Shown in pieces: positions 57,281 through 64,000 of a stretch of 64,000 nt of DNA. Made by a program: the position numbers and the translations under genes. Location of the stretch: assembly GCF_963973895.1 (NCBI RefSeq), contig NZ_CAXBBF010000001.1; one strand, written 5' to 3'. The notes below the pieces were generated by a model. The model ran no database searches. It was not told where the DNA came from and saw nothing but the letters and a program-made list of their open reading frames with translations. The stretch's first letter is position 1, and each line of letters starts with the position of its first letter. This DNA comes from an uncultured Porticoccus sp. (GTDB lineage: Bacteria > Pseudomonadota > Gammaproteobacteria > Pseudomonadales > Porticoccaceae).

Positions 57281-57517
57281 CTAGGGGTAGTTGTCCCGAT
57301 GGCTGTGGACATGCTCCATCACTTTGGATACTTCGGTGTCGCTGGCTTTTTTGTACATAAAAGGAATGGCGCGCAACAGGGCCCGTAACTGGCGTACATA
57401 GCGGCGACAGTGGCTGCACATCAACAAATGCATTTTTATGGCCAGCAGTTGACGGTGGTTCATGTCGCCGTCGAGCAGTTGATCGGCCGTGTTAACGACA
57501 TCTCGACATTTCAACAC
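57281..57517 (-). CDS. Small zf-HC2 (anti-sigma-type) zinc-finger protein
   Basis: 78 aa with the motif HLLMCSHCRRY and a strong RBS (AGGAGGAGG) upstream. It has no TM segment, and no ECF sigma gene is adjacent. Confidence 0.7.
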   Translation of the reverse strand: MLKCRDVVNTADQLLDGDMNHRQLLAIKMHLLMCSHCRRYVRQLRALLRAIPFMYKKASDTEVSKVMEHVHSHRDNYP

Positions 57518-57783
57518 GCACCGGCCTCCTCCTAATGCTCTACAAGCTTAATTGGCTTCCCGCTCTGTGCAAGATCGCTCTTGTTTTGGATGCAGTGAAT
57601 GGCCGTTCGTTACAGAGACTACCAAAAGAAGAGGCCTGTGGCGTTTAATGTTTCAGGTACTGTGCGCGGATTTGTGGGGATGGCGTTGAGCGGGCCGGGA
57701 TCGGCACGCCCTCCGGTGTCGACCGCCACCATGACTGAATCAGTCAGGCCCTGGTCAAACACTCCGGGACGTGCTGAAAAAGA

Positions 57784-58986
57784 TCAACGACTGTCATGGC
57801 TGGCGATAGCCTCCAGCGTCGATGGGTTGGGATAGCCATCTGCAACCATGTTGTTGGCAAGTTGGAATTCTCGCAGTGCACGGCGGGTCGCGGAGCCCAG
57901 CACGCCGTCCACCGGGCCGGCATCGTAACCGAGTGTGTTCAGTGTCTTCTGGGCGATCTCGATATCGGTCTTTCGCAGGGGCCCCTGGGCGCTGCCGCTA
58001 TCGCGCAGTGTCCCGGCACCGGCGATGCGATCCGCCAGGTGACCAACGGCAATGGCGTAGAGCTCGGAGCGATTCCAGCGCATGATGATCTCGAAATTGT
58101 CGTAGACGAGGAACGCGGGGCCGCGGTGTCCTGCCGGTACCAGTAACGCAGCATCTACGCCGGCGGTGGGCAGTGTTCCACCATCACTTCGCTTTACTCC
58201 GTAGTCGGCCCACGCTTGTAACGGGCGGCGCCGGTCGCGCTGTCCGGCATGCTGGAACGGGAAGTCGCTCGGCAACTGCACCTCGCGGCCCCAGCGAAGG
58301 CCAGACTGCCAGCCCAGGGATTTCAGGTAATTGGCCCCGGATGCCAGTGCATCGCGCTCACTGCGCCACAGATCGATCTGGCCATCGCCGTCACCATCCA
58401 CGGCATAGCGCAAGTATGAAGAGGGCATGAACTGGGTGTGCCCCACAGCGCCTGCCCAGGACCCTTGCATATCCGCAGGTTCGAGAGATTCGCGCTGCAT
58501 CAGCTGCAGGGCTGCGATGAATTCACCTGAGAAAAAATCACTGCGCCGCTGATCACAGGCCAGGGTCGCCAGTGAATCGAGTGTTGGCATGCGACCGAGG
58601 TAGCTGCCGTAATTGGTTTCCAGGCCCCAAAAGGAGACGAGGTACTGCGGAGGTACGCCATACTGCTCCTGCAGATCCAGGAGAAACGGCCGGTGCTGCT
58701 CCAATAGCGCCCGCCCGCGTTCGACACGCTCCGGGGTGACCCGCAGATCGAGGTACTCGGAAAAGGTCTGCAGAAACTCGGGTTGCTTCCGGTCAAGACT
58801 GATGACCCGCTCCTGTTGCTGCAGACCGGGGATGACATCCCTCAGAATGCTCTCGTCGATGCCCGCGCTGCGGGCCTGTGCCTGAAGTGACGTGAGGCAG
58901 GTGGAAAACTCGGTGTTTGCCGACGATAACCCCGGGATTGCAAGTACCCCGAGGATGAGGAAGCGGTGTACGGCGAATGTTTTCAC
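57784..58986 (-). CDS. mltB: Lytic murein transglycosylase (MltB/SLT_2 family) with C-terminal peptidoglycan-binding domain
   Basis: 400 aa with a signal peptide, the catalytic region FWGLETNYG, and a C-terminal PG_binding_1-like LGYDAGPVDGVLGSATRRALREFQ. Confidence 0.88.
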   Translation of the reverse strand: MKTFAVHRFLILGVLAIPGLSSANTEFSTCLTSLQAQARSAGIDESILRDVIPGLQQQERVISLDRKQPEFLQTFSEYLDLRVTPERVERGRALLEQHRPFLLDLQEQYGVPPQYLVSFWGLETNYGSYLGRMPTLDSLATLACDQRRSDFFSGEFIAALQLMQRESLEPADMQGSWAGAVGHTQFMPSSYLRYAVDGDGDGQIDLWRSERDALASGANYLKSLGWQSGLRWGREVQLPSDFPFQHAGQRDRRRPLQAWADYGVKRSDGGTLPTAGVDAALLVPAGHRGPAFLVYDNFEIIMRWNRSELYAIAVGHLADRIAGAGTLRDSGSAQGPLRKTDIEIAQKTLNTLGYDAGPVDGVLGSATRRALREFQLANNMVADGYPNPSTLEAIASHDSR

Positions 58987-59207
58987 GTTTTGTTACTCAG
59001 TTGGTGGTTAGGGCACATTGCTCTGATTGGTATTTCAGAAAGGCTGGTCTACAGCGTCAGACTTTACAATACCACCGTGCCAAACCGCACAGCAAAGCAT
59101 GTGAGTATCCGGCCCCGGTCAATGCCGGAAAAGCCTTTGGAAGACCTGACAACGCAGGGAATTAGACAGGGGTAAAGAAAGATGGTTCTGGGGTCATGGG
59201 CTTCCGA

Positions 59208-59390
59208 TCATGATTCCAAGTCCCTGCGCAGGGCCTGCTCCAATTCCTTGGTCTCGGTAATGTCGAGCAGGGTGATCACCACCCCGTCAATCACATTGTC
59301 CAGTCGGCGATAGGGCATGATCCGCACTGTAAACCAGCGGCCGTCGGTGGCAAGAATCTGCTTCTCGGAAAATACCAGGGTACTGAGGGT
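59208..59390 (-). pseudogene. Remnant of a PAS (PAS_10-type) domain from a CheR/CheB-PAS-like signalling protein
   Basis: ILATDGRWFTVRIMPYRRLDNVIDGVVITLLDITETKELEQAL matches the very conserved PAS_10 C-terminal block. Only ~60 aa are left, with no credible N-terminus. Confidence 0.55.
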
Positions 59391-59395
59391 GGTGA

Positions 59396-59557
59396 GGGCG
59401 TCGTCGTCAAGTCCAGTGAAGTCAACGTCGAAACCTTTAAAGACGTGGTGCAACTCAGCGGATTTGTCACTTCAAAAGAAGCCATGGATAAAGCCGTGGA
59501 CATCGCCCGTGGTATCAATGGTGTTAATTCAGTAAGAAACAACATGACCATCAAGTA
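59396..59557 (+). pseudogene. Remnant of a BON-domain (OsmY-like) protein, C-terminal 50 aa only
   Basis: My translation gives ..EVNVETFKDVVQLSGFVTSKEAMDKAVDIARGINGVNSVRNNMTIK*. The frame opens right after a stop at 59393-59395 with no start codon. It abuts and overlaps the PAS remnant head-to-head. Confidence 0.55.
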
Positions 59558-59658
59558 GGAAGACTTATTTCCTCTATGATTCTTGAATACAGCGGTTGCT
59601 GAACTGGCTTGGTTTTCCTTCTCAGCATTGCGCACTTGATATAACCCCCCCCCTCTTG

Positions 59659-59686
59659 ACCCGGCCTTGTGCCGGGTTCTTTTTTC
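59659..59686 (+). terminator. Rho-independent terminator downstream of the BON remnant
   Basis: ACCCGGC-CTTGT-GCCGGGT followed by TCTTTTTTC. Confidence 0.65.
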
Positions 59687-59976
59687 GGTATTCCCTGCTC
59701 GACGTCGTCTTCGGTTCAACAAAGTTCCTATGGTTCTCTTGTCTGGGCCATTTATGTGATTGAGTGTTAGCTGTATGCACTTTACTTCAGTAACGCGGAT
59801 TTAATTGTGGCGGGCTATTAACAACAAAACTGAGTGTAGACTTGAACAAAAAGGCATTTATTCTTTGTTGTTTTTCGTTTGTCCAATCTTCATAACTCAG
59901 TCTAGGTATTGGACATTTTAAAAGTAGGTATTTTAAAAAATGGATAGTAAAATCATGAGAAAACAGGAAACAGTAG

Positions 59977-61173
59977 ATGACAAATATAGTTGTCGGACGT
60001 CAGGAAATTCTTGACTCAAACATGTCAATTCACGCCTATGAGCTTTTGTTCAGAGGTCAGGATTTTGACCTGAGCAGCAAAGATGGTTCAAGCGAGGCCA
60101 CCAATCAAATAATTACGGACACTATTCTTGAAATCGGACTTAATAACGTAGTTGGTAACTCAAAAGCATTTATTAATTTTACTGCCCAAAATCTGTTGGA
60201 AAAAATACCACTTTATTTACCCAAGGATCGCATCGTTATCGAGGTTCTGGAAAATGTGGCAGTTGATTTGCGAATAATCAGCGCACTTAAAGAGCTTTCT
60301 AACGAAGGGTACACCCTTGCATTAGATGACTTCCAGATGAGTTCAGAATGGCGTCCACTTCTGGAGTTCGCCCATATTGTGAAACTCGATGTGCTGGCCA
60401 ACCCATTACAGGAAACTCTGGATCTAATTAAAGAGCTCAAACCTTACAACCTGACCATCTTGGCCGAGAAGGTTGAAACTCATGAAATGTTTGAGTTGTT
60501 TCGTGATGCAGGTTGTGAGCTGTTCCAGGGCTTTTTTTTCAGTAAGCCAAATACTGTTAAAGGCCGGCGAGTAGGTGTTAATCAGCTTGCTGCAGTGAAG
60601 CTGTTAACACTGGTAAATGACCCTGATGTTACTTTTTCGGAGCTTGCCTCAATCGTTTCTCAAGATGCTGGTTTAAGCTATAAATTGCTGCGTTATATTA
60701 ATTCGGCGTTTTTTGGCCTGCGGAATAAAATGGAGTCCATAACACATGCTGTATCTTATCTGGGACTGAACGAAGTAAGACGTTGGGTCAACGTTTTGAC
60801 ATTAGCGACATTGTCAGGCAAGCCCGGCGCCAGTTTCCAGCAAGCGTTGATTCGGGGAAAAATGTGCGAATTGACTGCACTTCAGTGCGGAGAGCAGGCG
60901 GGAAATCTATTTCTGATAGGTATGTTGTCTTCTCTTGATAGTATGTTGGATATCCCCCTGGCGGAAGCATTGGAGCAGATGCCAATTGGTGAGCAAATGC
61001 GACAGGCGATTCTTTTCCAGGAAGGTCCTGCTGGAGATATCCTTAATGATGTTCTCTCTTATGAACGCTGGGAATTGGCACATGAAAACTTAACCTGCCT
61101 AAGCCCGGAAGAACTTGGCAGCCTGTATTTGAAAAGTATCGAATGGGCCAAAGACGCCTTTGGTCAACTATAA
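59977..61173 (+). CDS. EAL-like plus HDOD domain signalling protein (COG3434/YuxH type)
   Basis: 398 aa. The N-terminal EAL-like domain has YELLFRG, IEVLE, LALDDFQ, LAEKVE and FQGFFFSKP. The C-terminal half is an HDOD domain. Confidence 0.8.
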   Translation: MTNIVVGRQEILDSNMSIHAYELLFRGQDFDLSSKDGSSEATNQIITDTILEIGLNNVVGNSKAFINFTAQNLLEKIPLYLPKDRIVIEVLENVAVDLRIISALKELSNEGYTLALDDFQMSSEWRPLLEFAHIVKLDVLANPLQETLDLIKELKPYNLTILAEKVETHEMFELFRDAGCELFQGFFFSKPNTVKGRRVGVNQLAAVKLLTLVNDPDVTFSELASIVSQDAGLSYKLLRYINSAFFGLRNKMESITHAVSYLGLNEVRRWVNVLTLATLSGKPGASFQQALIRGKMCELTALQCGEQAGNLFLIGMLSSLDSMLDIPLAEALEQMPIGEQMRQAILFQEGPAGDILNDVLSYERWELAHENLTCLSPEELGSLYLKSIEWAKDAFGQL

Positions 61174-61486
61174 ATACCGAGCAGACATATTGCTGGTTTA
61201 ATATAAAAAATCAGCTGTTTTATGTGCTGATATGTGGGAACGATCATCAGGTTTTTAGCTCTCTGGTATTGGTAGAGATGCTTCGCCAGAGTAATCTGGA
61301 TAATCAGGGGTGCCATCTCGTCTCCAATCGAGGTAAATGAATCGGGTAAACCAGCCAACTTAAACCTCCGTCATCTTACAAACCAGACATGTTTGTGTCG
61401 GCTATTAGTAATTGAGATAATAAAAAGTACTTGTGCGCTATGCCTCAGAAGCATAGCCGCCTGTCAGTCAGGATCATCCCCCAATT

Positions 61487-62971
61487 ATGACGGATTTAGA
61501 CACCAGTAGGCTTGCCAGCCTGGCAGACCATTTTCGTGAATTTCACCGGCTCAGTTTGAGCCGATATCGTTCCTACAGCGAGCTCTATGCTGATTATCTT
61601 AAAACGGGGATACGGTTATTCAACATGCCGACGGGCATTGTCAGTCGAATCCGCGATGATCAATATATGATTCTTGCTATTGAGCCCGATACCATGGGTT
61701 TAATCACCGGGGATACCCTGCCACTTGGAGAAACCTATTGCTCGGTAGTAGTCAGTAAAGACTCGACCATGGCTGTCACCCACGCAGCACAGGATGTCGC
61801 TTTCTACGGCCATCCAGCTTACCGGCAGATGCAACTGGAGGCTTACCTTGCTACACCTATCCACGTCAATGGAGAAATTTATGGCACCCTGAATTTCACA
61901 GCGCCAGAAGTCCGGGAGCACCCTTTTGACGACGCTGATGTAGAACTCATTGAGCTCATGGCAGGACGAATCGGTCAGCTCATTGAGCAGCATCAGGTCG
62001 ATCGTGAGAGACGGGAAGCTGTCAGCCGGCTGCGTGACAATATCAAGCTGTTTGAGAGTGCATTCGAATATGCCCCGATCGGAATGGCTTTGGTGAGCCC
62101 TGAGGGCCGTTGGTTAAGGGTCAATCGTGCGATCACCAAAATTTTAGGCTACACGGCAACCGAATTATTCGCCATTGACTTTCAGGCCATCACTCATCCG
62201 GATGATCTGGATGCCGACCTGGAGCTTCTGTGTGAAATATTGGCGGGTGAGCGCGATACATATCGGATGGAGAAGCGGTATTTTCATAAGGAGGGGCGTG
62301 AGATTTGGGTGCTTCTGAGTGTTTCAGTGGTTCGCGACGAGCATGACAAACCAGAGTACTTTGTTTCGCAGGTTCAAGAAATAACAGCCCAGAAGCACGC
62401 AGAGGTGGAGTTGCTGCGCCGACAAAAAGAGTTGGAATCAGTGAATCGAAAACTAAAGCTGTTGTCTGCCACAGATCCTCTGACTCAGCTTGGTAATCGA
62501 CGTGCACTGGATAAGCAGATGCAGGAAGAGTTACAGCGTAGCTCACGAACTGGGGAGCCACTGTCGCTGGTGATCGTGGATGTTGATCATTTCAAACATT
62601 ATAACGATACATACGGTCATCCTGCGGGGGATGTGGCTCTCCGGAAACTGGCTATTGCTCTCAAGCAGGTGGCTCGGATAACTGATGCCGTTATACGGCT
62701 AGGCGGCGAAGAGTTCTTACTCCTGCTGCCACACACTGACGAAGCAGGTTGTTATGCCGTGGCAAAACGCCTTTCCCGGTTGGTTAGTGAACTGGATAAC
62801 CTGGAGGCAGTGATCACAGTCAGCACGGGAGGAGCAACACTGATGCCGGCCATGGGAACGACACGTATACCTGAAGCAGATGCCCTGTTAAAGCAGGCCG
62901 ATGATGCGTTGTACCGTGCCAAGCAGGAAGGAAGAAATCGCCATTGCCAGTCGCCATTGTTGACCTGTTGA
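61487..62971 (+). CDS. GAF-PAS-GGDEF diguanylate cyclase
   Basis: 494 aa with an N-terminal GAF-like domain and a PAS domain (FEYAPIGMALVSPEGRWLRVN). The GGDEF domain has active-site GGEEF and I-site RITD five residues upstream. Confidence 0.88.
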   Translation: MTDLDTSRLASLADHFREFHRLSLSRYRSYSELYADYLKTGIRLFNMPTGIVSRIRDDQYMILAIEPDTMGLITGDTLPLGETYCSVVVSKDSTMAVTHAAQDVAFYGHPAYRQMQLEAYLATPIHVNGEIYGTLNFTAPEVREHPFDDADVELIELMAGRIGQLIEQHQVDRERREAVSRLRDNIKLFESAFEYAPIGMALVSPEGRWLRVNRAITKILGYTATELFAIDFQAITHPDDLDADLELLCEILAGERDTYRMEKRYFHKEGREIWVLLSVSVVRDEHDKPEYFVSQVQEITAQKHAEVELLRRQKELESVNRKLKLLSATDPLTQLGNRRALDKQMQEELQRSSRTGEPLSLVIVDVDHFKHYNDTYGHPAGDVALRKLAIALKQVARITDAVIRLGGEEFLLLLPHTDEAGCYAVAKRLSRLVSELDNLEAVITVSTGGATLMPAMGTTRIPEADALLKQADDALYRAKQEGRNRHCQSPLLTC

Positions 62972-63203
62972 TGCGTCTCCTCTAAAGCGCTGATTACAAT
63001 CCCGGTGATCTGTCGGAGGCAATAAAAATATGGAATGTCGAGGTCTTGCCGAAGCGCCGCCGTAATGATGGCCAATACGCTTATCGCAGAGCTCTGATCA
63101 GCCAGAGTGGCGATCAGACGACCGGTCAGCCAAACCAAACACAACAGCAGCCCGCACTGGATTTGATGTACATGAATGGCGGAACGCTGCTGTTAGCCGG
63201 TTT

Positions 63204-64000
63204 TTACTCCGATCGAGGGGGTTCCCCTTGACTGACCTGTTCTATCAGTTCTTCGCGCAGTTCATCAAATTCTGTTGGTCGCTCCGGCTCCCCCAGATGA
63301 TCGCTGCGGTCCAGCAGCCGCAGCAACCGCTCGCGGGTCATGGCTTCGTGCAACTCCTGCTGGCGACGCTCGGTGCGTAGGGATCGGAGCAATGAGGCGG
63401 CCATAAAAATCATCAGAATCATAAACGGAAAGGCCGCCACAATGGAGATGGTCTGCAGTGCCGCCAGTCCACCACTGAGTAGCAATACGCCGGCCACCAG
63501 CACCTGAATCACACCCCAGGTTACCCGCGACCAGCGACTGGGTGTGAGCACACCCTTGCTGGTAAACATACCCAGTACAAAAGTGGCGGAGTTGGCCGAG
63601 GTAATCACAAACAGGATAATCAGCACCAGCATCAGAATACTGATAATGTCCGCGCCCGGTAGAAGCGCCAGGGTAGCGAACAGGGCAGAGCTCATTTCCT
63701 GCACCACCGCATCGCCCAGGGCCGCACCTTCGAACAGTTCAAAATACAGTGCCGAGCCGCCAAAGGTTGAAAACCACAGTACACTCAGCAGCACCGGCAT
63801 GCCGATCACACCCATGACAAATTCTCGGATGGTGCGACCACGGGAAATACGCGCGATAAAACTGCCCACAAACGGTGCCCAGGATAGCCCCCAGGCCCAG
63901 TAGAAAATTGTCCAGCGCTCCACCCAGTCATCGCCGGTGTAGGGGGTCATCACCAGGCTCATGCCCATGATATTGCCAAAATAATCTCCGATGGCGTTGG
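63204..64000 (-). CDS. BCCT-family (betaine/carnitine/choline) transporter, N-terminal part outside the window
   Basis: Contains the BCCT signature block WTIFYWAWGLSWAPFVGSFIARISRGRTIREF. The frame stays open upstream of the track start through 64000 (..NAIGDYFGNIMGMS..). Confidence 0.85.
   Translation of the reverse strand, partial: NAIGDYFGNIMGMSLVMTPYTGDDWVERWTIFYWAWGLSWAPFVGSFIARISRGRTIREFVMGVIGMPVLLSVLWFSTFGGSALYFELFEGAALGDAVVQEMSSALFATLALLPGADIISILMLVLIILFVITSANSATFVLGMFTSKGVLTPSRWSRVTWGVIQVLVAGVLLLSGGLAALQTISIVAAFPFMILMIFMAASLLRSLRTERRQQELHEAMTRERLLRLLDRSDHLGEPERPTEFDELREELIEQVSQGEPPRSE

Noticed and set aside
57046-57312. 88-aa ORF on the minus strand overlapping the end of the zf-HC2 gene by 32 nt.
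   Set aside because: It has no RBS or family resemblance. A different frame in the same region holds a much more gene-like, though truncated, signal-peptide ORF. I treat the region as decayed rather than coding.

Overview
This is a 64-kb chromosomal segment that looks gammaproteobacterial, judging from gene content and order only; no search was run. I found no rRNA, tRNA, CRISPR array, transposase or integrase.

Layout, left to right:
- **1-2.4 kb (minus):** part of a peptide ABC importer.
- **2.8-16.6 kb (minus):** a complete assimilatory nitrate regulon. It comprises an alginate-export-like porin, nasT, nasS, nrtA, nrtB, nrtD, an FAD reductase, nirB, nirD and nasA. Two paralogous leader attenuators each have a GGGY-AAUGAA-GCCC hexaloop hairpin overlapping an intrinsic terminator. 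One precedes nrtA and one precedes the porin.
- **16.9-23.9 kb:** an EF-hand protein, a secreted M3 peptidase translationally coupled to xseA, then guaB and guaA.
- **23.9-28.3 kb:** a visibly AT-richer islet after guaA. It holds orphan secreted proteins and a tightly overlapping three-gene cassette (Xre/DUF2384 antitoxin, RES toxin, DEDDh exonuclease) behind twin palindromic operators. This cassette is my best candidate for an undescribed system.
- **28.3-33.4 kb (minus):** an ectoine-degradation-like operon (M20D amidohydrolase, diaminobutyrate (DABA) transaminase, M24 hydrolase, aldehyde dehydrogenase).
- **33.6-38.3 kb:** a PLD-family protein, an MgtC/DUF4010 protein and an orphan PEP-CTERM ice-binding-like protein.
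- **38.9-45.7 kb:** iscR-like regulator followed by sufB, sufC, sufD, sufS, sufA, sufT and sufE.
- **46.2-49.0 kb:** an uncharacterised three-gene membrane module.
- **49.3-52.7 kb:** an overlapping GtrA, sulfotransferase, GT4 and DUF2334 cassette.
- **52.9-64.0 kb:** gene remnants (FTR1, PAS, BON), an NhaP-type antiporter, a DUF4398/OmpA pair, an orphan zf-HC2 protein, mltB, two c-di-GMP signalling genes and a truncated BCCT transporter.

All functional calls come from motif and family recognition by eye. Nothing was checked against a database.
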